A stretch of 64,000 nucleotides of DNA from Candidatus Omnitrophota bacterium (GTDB taxonomy: Bacteria > Omnitrophota > Omnitrophia > Omnitrophales > Aquincolibacteriaceae). How positions within the stretch are numbered: the first letter of the stretch is position 1; each line of letters starts with the position of its first letter. Under the pieces are notes generated by a model that saw only the letters and a list, made by a program, of their open reading frames with translations, was not told the origin of the DNA and did not search any database. Of the stretch, positions 10,001-17,615 are shown piece after piece. The translations under genes were made by a program, and so were the position numbers. The stretch is from assembly GCA_022705945.1 (NCBI GenBank), contig JAKJDL010000006.1, forward strand, positions 13,196 to 77,195, given 5' to 3'.

Positions 10001-13000
10001 TGTCTTGAAGCTCCTCCGTGGGAAACATCTGGTCGTGGGGCCCGTGATACGAGATGCCGTGAAGAAGCATGTGTTGTCTCCCGATCGGTTTTTTCACCTC
10101 CGGGATCTCCTGGCGCACCAGTTGCGAGCGATTCTTTCTCCTCATAAGAAGCCTCTCCTTCTTCTTTCAATTTTTGATTCAACGGATTATTTTCATTGAT
10201 AAAACCGGCAACGCCCCCGTCGCCTGCCGGCCGAACCACATATGATCCCGATGCGGACAACACTGATGCATGCCCCGAATCCAGAACTCCGGCCCGGTCC
10301 GCGAGACCCTGAATTTTGTCTCGAAATGCGGGATTAACGACAACGCGGCCCTTGGCGACAGATCGTTCCATTGCATCACGGTGGTTCCAGGCACTGTGAA
10401 AGGGATTATTCCAATTGAAAAAAACTGTTTGGAAGCTCGGCGGACTAACCGTATCCTCCGGATCCACCAAACGCGCTGTTAGGATTGCATTTAAAACGGC
10501 TTTACGATAACCCTCGATTGCAGCCGGATCCGATTTAGGGTTCTTCAGGTGTTTTTTAAACCCCGGCACCGCGCGGCCGAGCTCGTCATCTAATTGTTTG
10601 ATTGCCAAAGCGGATTCTCCGTTACGGTCCGCTTCACCTCCTGTTGAAATTTCATCGTTAATGCGGGAGTCCGTCGCCGCAGCCTTGACCGGACCCGCTC
10701 CGATCGCTGACGGTCCGGAAACTGCAGCTGCCTTTATCACCCCGACGGCTTCTTTAGACACAACTTCGCGGACAAATAACTGCTGTGCCTGCCGGAGCGT
10801 CTCTTCCGAAACAATCGTCACTCGAAGGATTTCAGCAAAACGCCCGAGATCTTTCTTGCCGCTCCCCTCCGAAATCGTATTGAGGATACGCGTCGTAAAA
10901 TCGTCATACATTTCATAGGCGCTCCCCAACTCTGTGCCGACATCTCCCGACCTAAGCTCTATCTCTTCAGGAGCGCCGGGCCCAGCCTCCTTTATACCGG
11001 CTTCGGGGGTCCCGGCAAATGCGCCCGTCACAAGCGAAACAAAAAGCACCATGATTCCGACAAAGGATTTCAGGCTGAAAAAAACAGATCTTCTCGCGCC
11101 TCCCATCTTCCGATCACCGCGAATTTCCGAACGCGGAGAATCAGCCATCGTTCCGGGCTTTTCACCGGCAACCCCTGAAACCGATAAGCGCGAGCCGGCA
11201 TCCGGACCCGGCTCAAATCCTCTTCCAAATGCCGGCCGATACATCCTTTCGATCACTCCCGGAACCGTCGGGCTGAAGGCATTATCTCCGGAAAAGTGTA
11301 TTCCGAACGCCGGAGGAAAACCTGCCGCCGTCCCCCAAAAGCCGGCCGTTCCACCGATCACGGCTAAAGCCTTTGCCGGAACTTTCACGGCCCGAAGCTC
11401 CGATCGGCCGCCTCCGACGTTCCGCCACGAAAATTCGCCCAGAACGCCCGCTATTGCTTCTAGCCTGAGGATTGCCTTGCTCATCTCGGCATGAGCTTCG
11501 ATGAGTCCTATCCGGCATTTCCACGCCTCCGAAACATATTCAGCCAGCTTGTCTTCCGTAACAAGCCGGCGCCCGGCCACCTGCGCTTGCCGGGCGCGAC
11601 GGATATCATCCTCAAGACGTTGAAGTTCCCCCGCAAGAGCTTTGATCCTGTCCTGGCTCTTTCCCATGCGATAAACAAGCCCGGAGATATCATCTTCAAC
11701 CGTACGCTGAACATCCATGAGAATGCTGTCCGTGATCTCTACTTTTTTAGAAGACACCCTCTCTTCAACATCCATACTTTTCCCAAAAGAGATTTGCCCC
11801 TTCAACCCACCGGCGGTCCGATCCTTTGTACGCCGATCCAGTCCCGAATCCCAAGCCGTGCCAAGGTCGCCTTTGGCAGAGGAGCTCATGCCCGAAGGCC
11901 TACCTAAACCGTCAATAAAGCTGAACCCTCCAAACCCGAGACTGAAACGACCCCGGGCATGCTCGAGTTCTCGAACGATCACAGCGGCCTCGCGTCCTTT
12001 ATAGGCTACAGCCAACGCCCGGTTGGGAGGAAGCTGTTTACCGATTTTGTTCGTCGCATCACGGCGCAAGCGTTCAATAATTCCGGGATCAGCTTTCCAG
12101 CTCTGCGGCAACGTATTTTCTTCTAAATCGATTACAAATTCCGTTTCAGCGGTCACTCCCGGGGCAAAAAGATTAGCCAGCAAAGCTTCCTTCGCTTTAA
12201 GTGAAGAACGGTATTCATCAGCCTTAAGCTTCCACCCGATCTGGATATTCCGGATTTTCATCCTTTCAAGCTCAGAAGTTTCGGCTCTCCCCTGCGCCGC
12301 TGCCATGGCCGGCTCTAAAGCCTGTATCGCTTTTTGAGCGGTCTCATAAAGCGCCCGGAGCTCCCTGATTTCGAGTGCGATCCCGGCATAATACGCATAG
12401 CGTTCCCCGATAACTTTCTGGTGATTGAGCCGGGCCATTTGCGCGATCTTTTCAGCAAGCGCCTTGGACAGCATGGGCTCTCCCCGCAAAATGCTTCTAA
12501 GCGAGGCCTCAAGATTAACTGCCAGCGTTGCGAGACTGCCTACCCCATATCCAGCGACACCTCCTTCCGCTGCATAAGGAATAACTGCTCCTAACCCTCC
12601 GCTAAAAACAGGTTTCCCGTCCACCAGGGCGACCTCCGTAAAAATCGACCAGCTGCCTTTTAGGCGATCCTTTTCGATTTCCTTGATCGCGATCTCGATC
12701 TCGGCTTTTTTGACCTTGGGATCGTTCTCGAGGATCTTCCGGAGCAGTAACCCGGAATCGACATGGGTTACCGGAAGCAAAACAACGGGCTTGTGCGGTA
12801 AGGAATACTCCTCGGCTGAACGAAGGGTCTTTTTAAGTTCTGTGTGCGAGACTGTGGCACAGCCCGAAACAAGTGCGCCTACGGCAAGCGCCGTCCTTGC
12901 TAAAGCTAAAAAACGCCTTCTGTTCATCTTTGATATCGGTTTCAATCCCCCGGACCGGGCCTCATAGCGACCGGCCGGGTCAGGAGTTCGTCGAACATCT

Positions 13001-14793
13001 CCTTCAGGGGTGCTCCGGTTCCCAGGCCGGACCACCTTTGAGGATCTTGTCCCCCGGGACCGAACTGCGTTGTATTTAGCCAGGACATCTGCCTCAGCGC
13101 TTCGAAATGCCAGGAAATCGTCATGTCCCATAAGTTTCTCTGCTATCGTGTCGGGCGTGATCGAACCCTGTGCCGCTGCCAGGGCGTCAGCCGACCGGTA
13201 GTCTCCCATAAGAAGTTTTTCGTATCGATCCGTATCGGGCTCGTCCCTGAACGAAGGCTGAATGCCGGCGAATGGAAGGCCTTCCGAGCGAAGCCAGTTC
13301 TCAAGACCCTCGGCGTGATATCCTCCGGTGACTACGGCGATGAAAAACGGCCGATCCGGTAAAACCCGCGCCTCCCTGAGCCGGTCTTTTATTTGTTTCG
13401 CAAAAACGTCATCGCGTTTTTGGGCTATTTGATAGAATTCCCTGACCGCTTTGGCGCCTTCGATCACTTCTTCCGCCGCAAGGTCGTATCCGGGCGCGAT
13501 CTTTGAGAACTGACGGACTTTTTTTTCAACATCCATCGCCAGAAACCGGTTGGATTCGGCGCGGTCCAGTTCCAGCCTGAAGGCGCGCTTGAGCGCATAA
13601 AAATCTTTGTATGCCGTTATCACCTTTCTCATTTTTCCGTTTGTAAAGAGCTTGTCGAAAACGGCTTCTTCCAGCCGTTCTGTTTCGGCAAGTATGCCTT
13701 CCGGTTCGATCTCCGAACGGAAGATCCGAAAAGCGAGATGGCGGACGAGATTCGGATATTCTTGCAATAAAACACCGTTCCGCCGGCAGGCATCCACAAG
13801 GACCTCCGCATACCGCCTGATATCGGGTGTTTCCCGGATCATGCTGACCGGATTTTCTGCAGCCGCGGATAAAAGTGCCACGGCCTGCTTCAATGCGGGG
13901 TCCCGGTCCCCGGACAAAGCGGCTAAAAGACGGCGGAACTCACTTTTCACGGCCTCCGGACGGATTGCTTCTTCAAGCATGCTCACATGCCGGAACCGGA
14001 CCAGATTCGGCCATGAAATTTGCGCGTGATAATCCGAGAGATCGAGATCCAGAAACTTTTCAGCGCTTCGGATCAGGAACGGCAGATAACGGCCCCAGGA
14101 CATTTCTTTTTGCTGCTGAAGCCTCCACTCCTTTAGGAACAGGAAGACATCCGCCCGGAGAACGTTTTTGAACGTGTTGAGCATCATCGCTTCGATCGTA
14201 TCGAAAAATTTTCCGGAGTTTCGACGCGCTTCCGCGACGCGCTTGAAAATTTGCACATGATTAAAATACATCCGGGGATCCTCGAGGCCCCCGGAAGGCA
14301 CGCCTTTTTCTGTGGCAATAAAATACGCCGCGCCATTCATCAGACCGGCCTTGCGCAGATCATTCTTGTAAGAGGCGTTCATTTTCGCATCCTTGAACAG
14401 ATCCAGCCGCTCGGGCATCAGCGTTCCCGCGGCGCCCTCAATCAGGACAAGATCGAGCTGTTTTCGCTCTCGAAGCCGTGCAAGGATACCGGCTATATTC
14501 CGCTGAGCCTCCCGGGAGGCGTGAGCGTCCTTAATGTGCAGAAAAAAAACCGACTGATTTCCGGATAGCGGACTGAAAAGACGGTCGAATTTACCAAGCG
14601 CGGCGGGAAGCCTCAGAAAACCCTCCGGGAGTCTCATTGAAACAGGGATCGGAGGGATCGAAAATTCTTGCGCAAAGATCTCGGCAGGACTTGTAAAAAA
14701 AATGCTCGAGCTAATAAATACCTGAAGCGTCAAAAACGCTATCCCTTTTAAGTGTTTTTTTGACTTGCGCCGATTCTGTTGCATAGCCGTCAC
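4069..14793 (-). CDS. giant 3,574-aa multi-module envelope protein (single uninterrupted ORF)
   Basis: Continuous ORF with a GTG/ATG start and an N-terminal signal peptide (KKHLKGIAFLTLQVFISSSIFFTSPAEIFA-QE). Modules by residue: ~75-520 TraB/GumN/TIKI-like (FFLHIKDAHAS ... FIAVVTGGYHAEGLENWLRSEG); 623-645 internal Tat/lipobox-like segment MNRRRFLALARTALAVGALVSGC; ~770-1120 TolC/OEP-like coiled-coil repeats; 1236-1258 TM anchor; ~1270-1780 S/A/T/P/G-rich low-complexity region; ~1785-2210 HlyD-like adaptor (GDVVSSGDVILKIVDPE ... IVIRAPVAGRVAGLIPVEGQTVIPG); ~2284-2665 five-TM domain; ~3112-3245 Nudix-like; ~3300-3574 unknown. All plus-strand ORFs across this span are short and R-rich (antisense-like). 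Codon usage resembles neighbouring genes. Confidence 0.65.
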   Translation of the reverse strand: MTAMQQNRRKSKKHLKGIAFLTLQVFISSSIFFTSPAEIFAQEFSIPPIPVSMRLPEGFLRLPAALGKFDRLFSPLSGNQSVFFLHIKDAHASREAQRNIAGILARLRERKQLDLVLIEGAAGTLMPERLDLFKDAKMNASYKNDLRKAGLMNGAAYFIATEKGVPSGGLEDPRMYFNHVQIFKRVAEARRNSGKFFDTIEAMMLNTFKNVLRADVFLFLKEWRLQQQKEMSWGRYLPFLIRSAEKFLDLDLSDYHAQISWPNLVRFRHVSMLEEAIRPEAVKSEFRRLLAALSGDRDPALKQAVALLSAAAENPVSMIRETPDIRRYAEVLVDACRRNGVLLQEYPNLVRHLAFRIFRSEIEPEGILAETERLEEAVFDKLFTNGKMRKVITAYKDFYALKRAFRLELDRAESNRFLAMDVEKKVRQFSKIAPGYDLAAEEVIEGAKAVREFYQIAQKRDDVFAKQIKDRLREARVLPDRPFFIAVVTGGYHAEGLENWLRSEGLPFAGIQPSFRDEPDTDRYEKLLMGDYRSADALAAAQGSITPDTIAEKLMGHDDFLAFRSAEADVLAKYNAVRSRGTRSSKVVRPGNRSTPEGDVRRTPDPAGRYEARSGGLKPISKMNRRRFLALARTALAVGALVSGCATVSHTELKKTLRSAEEYSLPHKPVVLLPVTHVDSGLLLRKILENDPKVKKAEIEIAIKEIEKDRLKGSWSIFTEVALVDGKPVFSGGLGAVIPYAAEGGVAGYGVGSLATLAVNLEASLRSILRGEPMLSKALAEKIAQMARLNHQKVIGERYAYYAGIALEIRELRALYETAQKAIQALEPAMAAAQGRAETSELERMKIRNIQIGWKLKADEYRSSLKAKEALLANLFAPGVTAETEFVIDLEENTLPQSWKADPGIIERLRRDATNKIGKQLPPNRALAVAYKGREAAVIVRELEHARGRFSLGFGGFSFIDGLGRPSGMSSSAKGDLGTAWDSGLDRRTKDRTAGGLKGQISFGKSMDVEERVSSKKVEITDSILMDVQRTVEDDISGLVYRMGKSQDRIKALAGELQRLEDDIRRARQAQVAGRRLVTEDKLAEYVSEAWKCRIGLIEAHAEMSKAILRLEAIAGVLGEFSWRNVGGGRSELRAVKVPAKALAVIGGTAGFWGTAAGFPPAFGIHFSGDNAFSPTVPGVIERMYRPAFGRGFEPGPDAGSRLSVSGVAGEKPGTMADSPRSEIRGDRKMGGARRSVFFSLKSFVGIMVLFVSLVTGAFAGTPEAGIKEAGPGAPEEIELRSGDVGTELGSAYEMYDDFTTRILNTISEGSGKKDLGRFAEILRVTIVSEETLRQAQQLFVREVVSKEAVGVIKAAAVSGPSAIGAGPVKAAATDSRINDEISTGGEADRNGESALAIKQLDDELGRAVPGFKKHLKNPKSDPAAIEGYRKAVLNAILTARLVDPEDTVSPPSFQTVFFNWNNPFHSAWNHRDAMERSVAKGRVVVNPAFRDKIQGLADRAGVLDSGHASVLSASGSYVVRPAGDGGVAGFINENNPLNQKLKEEGEASYEEKESLATGAPGDPGGEKTDRETTHASSRHLVSRAPRPDVSHGGASRHVFQETLRGEPAPAGTAAEQSFEPVVGDSRSAAVKHRVLPLGPGSADSTQLPAPASRDQSARLSPVMQILLSGASGAAEIPRNAEVSESFLLKAASSDDPSLPVAETTISASTVSGGGITDLASAINNATNALPLAGTVSAGASLAESPTVPETSQESPSAVSAPETGSAGSSIFSGETAVNPVLLNLSVPLSGIPEYAVREGDVVSSGDVILKIVDPENASRIRTLIAEIALIDAQLTDGSVSAAEYTNLQFGKESLERELRERNYQEAIRTLRASHPLRIVKLARGQVNQGNVAVYGVELDAGQISFRLPAGDADFDDAELQINGETVRVLRYNLGDFDPVSGQFLLTIDFVSPSGARHDSQIAYSLKLGQRHEQGMNDPPLGAGKPFHVMVSPRESVPVTVPVAPGVPGGVFHALVPEGAVVSAGTPVGFIDASGYRQEQLDAAKGLRKLVGEMSAANRNFAAVSPEELRKLDAEAGLRIASLEGVNPKIVIRAPVAGRVAGLIPVEGQTVIPGRATGIRVLNSLVFLGSTDLSDSDHLIDVPKGSARKGERVRVRTPLGDVLEGTVFKVHPLADENGLWLSDRDALVIQVEDPAGQLGDNMPVEIWTGIPDSKKDKTPAPAAGPAALPLHYGSDLPPAVFYRLLRHPDQELSRHSVLADEGSFRQILSSWKFFFKSPKGLAVMGKKVADRVFLLFGGGIILWLAGRFVRVVTQKVRWRNSKARLRDLMAVTSELQYRLVIRFEQQGRPQDKELLEHVIGPINEWAGMLDEERELDHERRTTILIKAQELASNKHLIFSGIKFWDIDMWNSQIGRDLAIIFGILTVLCVLTARRITEKARTAKTPMELHEFQIFQQRLVDYGDIFNESYNLAHHLGAMVAVLDHYVKKLIPGLGPERRKLSFRSRRMIIHNRLVRFLFPVARLWYLISPVAAIHRIITFRSFRSLNEKMVKLGLTTPADAQKVLENAGAAIKSAFYGQVTLDAAVGLAEKHARFWRRALAMTGISALFLPMVILIYLGEHWLNATLMMMMGFGTVMLPLAAIACQIGPVLIRFVGPYYRIWERELKRLKKQNRRLERSLPEIPKPKPVPQSPTPRETSQRGSEQIAMSKVLRALHDAALMPDVEVIVLVPPRYGENKAALEQLIREDAVLRRWAITVEESDGEFPGDAGLFFAARNIAKTSQKKFKIYWYPQTGVDFRTAVAVFKINLGEAARMIGELGTIGVQYGEIAFPGGDLVGSSSAITKNGGHFVVQTRYASLDEVESERLPVILGRNGTSRLEIEHIVYQPQKLREMMAAGALHLGSGRVNISSAAVPQFPVPTGPVAIVAETPEDHQTIQSLLRSTRDRILDLTGRYGPFRINFLEDIVRPVAALSRQIEEGNGVTPPNPNLLVERTVRLSDDTVISPYDKLYTTVSRFLWNGVNGDRRSFRSEAFIPPVSETFYVSGKTRERLAETLDKIAVSFPELVNPELAKGLRRETSAESKARLVFRDAAGQIVYEKKDAGYERGLRSEDIAGLVIKDRMIALQRRDHQIGNEPGRLDLSFAGHQEETDQSPEAAVLREFHEELLGGRRPVPEGMVFRPVGSPVQLEITHENEQGLSVRRKNTAIYGVSLNGEFSRDDFLPGDNAAEIVWMAKEELETALEQTPGRFTARAFQLLTKLGPAVAFSEGGGRSETRTAHTEPGIHISPAVISLPRASAASLQYDQKINPAPRMSRQIRILTAILVAQKILAAHDAGLLPELEASLQDAARVAERVAPALAALSGAHDVSIEELRAGLAALLRQEQTGILADDRVVFLDAGTIPEGYFDKIAISPFPMVILFDRDHKALYDRMARESLRAKNAFLVYAPDGINSFIRNSLRSGAAAVTASPRLNGILTRFREQGKSEDIALITGSRAESQKIEQDYVGHRYYFTNEMLRLDPELLAYSLMLLLRSPELFRYGKGRYAQDVISLIGLILQQLAQEYEARFRTGSAA
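5059..5460 (-). other. Nudix-like domain (degenerate Nudix box) within the giant ORF
   Basis: IAGLVIKDRMIALQRRD...GRLDLSFAGHQEETDQSPEAAVLREFHEELLG approximates Gx5Ex7REUxEExGU, but with D for the first E and one extra residue. Weak. Confidence 0.3.
6799..7944 (-). other. polytopic (about 5 TM) inner-membrane module within the giant ORF
   Basis: Hydrophobic segments VFLLFGGGIILWLAGRFVRVV, LAIIFGILTVLCVLTA, LVRFLFPVARLWYLISPVAAIHRII, MTGISALFLPMVILIYLG and LMMMMGFGTVMLPLAAIACQIGPVLIRFV. No confident family assignment. Confidence 0.4.
8164..9441 (-). other. HlyD/membrane-fusion-protein-like module within the giant ORF
   Basis: Lipoyl-like half-motifs flank a coiled coil: GDVVSSGDVILKIVDPE ... 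coiled coil ... IVIRAPVAGRVAGLIPVEGQTVIPG, then a beta-barrel-like segment. An N-terminal TM anchor sits at residues 1236-1258 (nt ~11020-11088). Confidence 0.55.
11434..12927 (-). other. NodT/TolC-like outer-membrane-factor module with lipobox-type signal, within the giant ORF
   Basis: MNRRRFLALARTALAVGALVSGC is followed by two OEP-like repeats (LSKALAEKIAQMARLNHQKV...YAYYAGIALEIRELRALYETAQKAIQALEPAMAAAQGRAETSELER ; ...DRIKALAGELQRLEDDIRRARQAQVAGRRLVTEDKLAEYVSEAWKCRIGLIEAHAEMSKAILRLEAIAG). Confidence 0.5.
13234..14571 (-). other. TraB/GumN/TIKI-like domain within the giant ORF
   Basis: N-terminal FFLHIKDAHAS and C-terminal FIAVVTGGYHAEGLENWLRSEGL resemble the two conserved His-containing motifs of PF01963. 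Confidence 0.45.
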
Positions 14794-15013
14794 GTGATTC
14801 CCTGAAAATTCTTTCTAAAAACTTTTACAGTGTCCCGAAATTCACCGGCAGTTTAACCCTGGTTTGTAACCGCATCATAAAGATTGAGTAATAATGCGGT
14901 AAAATTCTCTCGCCTTTCGAAAAACACTGCCTCGGTGTAAAAAACTTGTAAAAAGGACACGCCCGGCGCTGCAAAATGTTTTTTTGTGGTAACATGCCCG
15001 CGGGACAAACGCT

Positions 15014-15703
15014 ATGGCTGACGAAAAAATACTCATCATCGAAGACGAAAAGAACATCGTCGAGCTTGTAAAATTCAATCTCGAGCAAGAAGGTTTTCGC
15101 GTTTTCGCCGCATCCCGGGGCGACACCGGTTTGGAGATGGCGCTCAGGGAAAAACCCGCGCTCCTTATCCTTGACCTCATGCTTCCCGAAATAACAGGGA
15201 TTGAGATCTGCAAGATCCTGCGTCAAAATCCGAAGACAAAAGCCCTCCCCATCGTCATGCTTACGGCCAAAGGCACGGAAGCGGACAAGGTCCTTGGGCT
15301 TGAACTGGGCGCTGACGATTACATCACCAAACCCTTCAGCCCAAGAGAACTTGTCGCTCGCGTCAAATCCATATTGCGCCGCTCTCGGGAAAAACCGGAA
15401 GCCGAACTGATGAGAGCCGGGTCTCTGGAGCTCGATATCTCCAAACATGAACTTCTCTTAAACAATAAAAAGGTTGGGATTTCGGCAAAAGAATTTCAAC
15501 TGCTCCGCGCACTCATGGGGTCACACGGCCGCGTTTTAACACGGGAAGTGCTTCTCGAAAAAGTTTGGGGGTATGATAATTCCACCAACATCGCGACGCG
15601 AACCGTCGATATGCACATCGGACAACTTCGCAAAAAACTCGGCAAGGAATCGGGACGGATCGTAACGATTAAGGGCGTCGGCTACCGTTTCGACAATGAT
15701 TAG
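15014..15703 (+). CDS. OmpR/PhoB-family two-component response regulator (receiver + winged helix)
   Basis: 229 aa. KILIIEDEKNIVELV ... LILDLMLPEITGIEICKILR ... DDYITKPFSPRELVARV ... winged-helix C-terminus VGYRFDND. No cognate kinase adjacent. Confidence 0.9.
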   Translation: MADEKILIIEDEKNIVELVKFNLEQEGFRVFAASRGDTGLEMALREKPALLILDLMLPEITGIEICKILRQNPKTKALPIVMLTAKGTEADKVLGLELGADDYITKPFSPRELVARVKSILRRSREKPEAELMRAGSLELDISKHELLLNNKKVGISAKEFQLLRALMGSHGRVLTREVLLEKVWGYDNSTNIATRTVDMHIGQLRKKLGKESGRIVTIKGVGYRFDND

Positions 15704-15706
15704 AAG

Positions 15707-15776
15707 CGGTTTCATAAACTACTTTTTATTTTCCGCCCCACAGAAGCATCGGGGCTGGAAATACTTATGAAACCGC
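15707..15776. promoter_or_regulatory. large stem-loop (12-bp perfect inverted repeat GCGGTTTCATAA / TTATGAAACCGC with nested CCCC/GGGG stem) immediately after the response-regulator stop
   Basis: Seen directly at 15707-15718 and 15765-15776. No adjacent T-tract, so not a canonical intrinsic terminator. Confidence 0.4.
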
Positions 15777-15865
15777 CTCCGGCAATATTGCTTTAGGGCA
15801 GGAATAACGTCTCGTTTGTCAAACGTCGCAATATACGGAAAAAGCGATATTCAAAAAGGTGTTTT

Positions 15866-16627
15866 TTACTCGATTGCGAAGCTGGCGCTCACGACCGCGG
15901 TAACCTTCTTCTCAAGAGAGCTGGTGTCATTCATTCCCCAGTCGGAGATCTCCGTGGAGTTCACCGGCGTTATTTGAAAAACACCCATCCTCGCCGAGCG
16001 CATGAACCCGATTCTGTTCCCGGTCGCCTTCACCATATTTTCGGCCCTCTGCTTGGCGTTCTCGGTAGCTTTGGCAAGCATTTCGACCTTGAGCTCATCG
16101 AGCTTGGTATAAAAATACTCCGGACTCCCGGAATAGAACTCGATCCCTTCATTGATCAGCCCCGTGGCTTCCCGCGAAATACGCGCGATCTTCTCAACGT
16201 CGTTTGAACGAAGCTCCGCAGTTTGTCTCAGGCGATAACCTTCGATATCGTTCGTATTGTTTCCCTTCTCGTTCTTTTTATAGATTGTCTCGGTCTCGAT
16301 CTGGTTGACGATGATATCTTTTTCGGCAATCCCCTGCGTTATCAGGTATTTCCGGACTTTCACAAGATCCTCGCCCAGTTTCGTGAAAGCATCGGCCATA
16401 AGAGGCTCGCGTCTCGCAAATGCCCCGGTCCAGACCGCGTAGTCGCTTTTGATGGCCTTCTGCGCCGAGCCCGTTACCGTGATCTGCTCCCGCATGAATT
16501 TCGTCACGGACAAAAATCCTTTGGAAAAGATGATACTGGCCCCGATCGTGGCTCCGGCAATGCACAGTCCGAGAATAATGATCTGGGTGTTCTTGAGGAA
16601 ACTGAAACGGTTCGTTGAGTCTTCCAT
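15866..16627 (-). CDS. SIMPL-domain (DUF541/YggE-like) periplasmic protein
   Basis: 253 aa with an N-terminal TM/signal segment and the characteristic SIMPL architecture (ITVTGSAQKAIKSDYAVWTGAF ... ). Call is by overall resemblance. Confidence 0.7.
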   Translation of the reverse strand: MEDSTNRFSFLKNTQIIILGLCIAGATIGASIIFSKGFLSVTKFMREQITVTGSAQKAIKSDYAVWTGAFARREPLMADAFTKLGEDLVKVRKYLITQGIAEKDIIVNQIETETIYKKNEKGNNTNDIEGYRLRQTAELRSNDVEKIARISREATGLINEGIEFYSGSPEYFYTKLDELKVEMLAKATENAKQRAENMVKATGNRIGFMRSARMGVFQITPVNSTEISDWGMNDTSSLEKKVTAVVSASFAIE

Positions 16628-16973
16628 GGCTTGCCTCCGCGGGATTGCCCCGGTGTTGATCGGTTATTCGTCCGGTCTTCAGGAGTCAGTATTGACGGTC
16701 TATCATAACATTTAACTCCCTGCGCTAATCACTCAGTTTTCTTCCGAGTCTTTCTTGCCATATTTCCTTTATACCAGATACCAGACGCTGTTGTTTGAAA
16801 TGCCGGCTCCGTAAATTCGTCCGTCTCAGCGCTATTGCACCATTAACGACACGGAACGATATTTTCTTTTGAATACTCCTTGTCGGGATCTTTTCGGTCA
16901 ATTCCCGGAACGGTTTGATAAGCTTTTGTTTGTCCGCCGCGCAAAACGGCCCCTTTGAGGACGTAACACGGGC

Positions 16974-17008
16974 AAAAAACCCGTGTTCCGTTTTGAACGA
17001 AACACGGG
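16974..17008 (-). terminator. rho-independent terminator downstream of the spy/cpxP-like gene
   Basis: Minus-strand CCCGTGTT-(13-nt loop)-AACACGGG followed by TTTTTT. Confidence 0.5.
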
Positions 17009-17040
17009 TTTGCTTGGACTTCGGCGCCGAATCCGGGATC

Positions 17041-17556
17041 TTAACCGGGAGACACCGCCTCACTGGCCCCCGTCCTGGCCTTTTTTTGCCACCTGCCCTG
17101 TTTCTTCGCCATCTTACCGTCATGCTTGCACTGCAGTTTCGTGAACTGTTCCGGGGTCAGAACTTCCTTCATCCTGAAAAGCCCGTCGATCCGCCTGGAA
17201 AAAAGCTGGCCCTTGATCTCGTTAATTTCGGCAACTTCCTGATCGACCGCCGCGCGGTCAGTTTCCGGTTTTGCGATTTCGTCGTGAAGTGTTTTCATTT
17301 TTGTCCTGAGCTGTTCCCGAAGCGCTTTGTCTTGCTCCTTATCAGCTTCGCGCCGGGCTTTCAGCTTGTCTTTCTGCTCCTGACTCAAACCAAGCTCTTT
17401 ATACATCCGTTCCGGACCGCCCCGCTTTTTAAAGCGGGCTTCCCGGAATCCTTCGGAGTTCTCTCCCCCATGGAAAGCATAAGCCGTAGGACCCGCCACG
17501 AGCAAACCGACTACCGCCCCGAGAACGGTCATTTTTACTGATAGTTTTGTTTTCAT
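17041..17556 (-). CDS. Spy/CpxP-family periplasmic stress chaperone (LTxxQ motifs)
   Basis: Signal peptide MKTKLSVKMTVLGAVVGLLVAGPTAYA. LTxxQ-type motifs LGLSQEQKDKLKA and LTPEQFTKL. Start chosen at the internal Met of track ORF 17041..17589. Confidence 0.7.
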   Translation of the reverse strand: MKTKLSVKMTVLGAVVGLLVAGPTAYAFHGGENSEGFREARFKKRGGPERMYKELGLSQEQKDKLKARREADKEQDKALREQLRTKMKTLHDEIAKPETDRAAVDQEVAEINEIKGQLFSRRIDGLFRMKEVLTPEQFTKLQCKHDGKMAKKQGRWQKKARTGASEAVSPG

Positions 17557-17615
17557 ATTCCGATCCTCCCTTTTGCTGACTTGGACCATCTCCGTCCTTC
17601 AAAAGTTCCGTTTTT

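Noticed and set aside
4365-14568. Dozens of 60-220-aa plus-strand and secondary minus-strand ORFs inside the giant ORF
   Set aside because: Short, Arg/Pro/Gly-rich with no motifs. Typical antisense or alternate-frame artefacts of GC-rich coding DNA. The giant minus-strand frame has real domain motifs.
4069-14793. Alternative reading of the giant ORF as 5-6 ordinary adjacent genes (TraB-like, NodT OMF, HlyD, membrane protein, Nudix protein)
   Set aside because: Not adopted as the primary call because there is no in-frame stop anywhere and all modules are in the same frame. Kept as an explicit alternative (stop-codon loss or assembly artefact) to be tested with reads.
14825-15448. 207-aa minus-strand ORF
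   Set aside because: Antisense to the well-supported OmpR-family response regulator. Translation is low-complexity.
16725-17123. 132-aa minus-strand ORF
   Set aside because: Arg-rich, overlaps the spy terminator and spy 3' end. No motifs.
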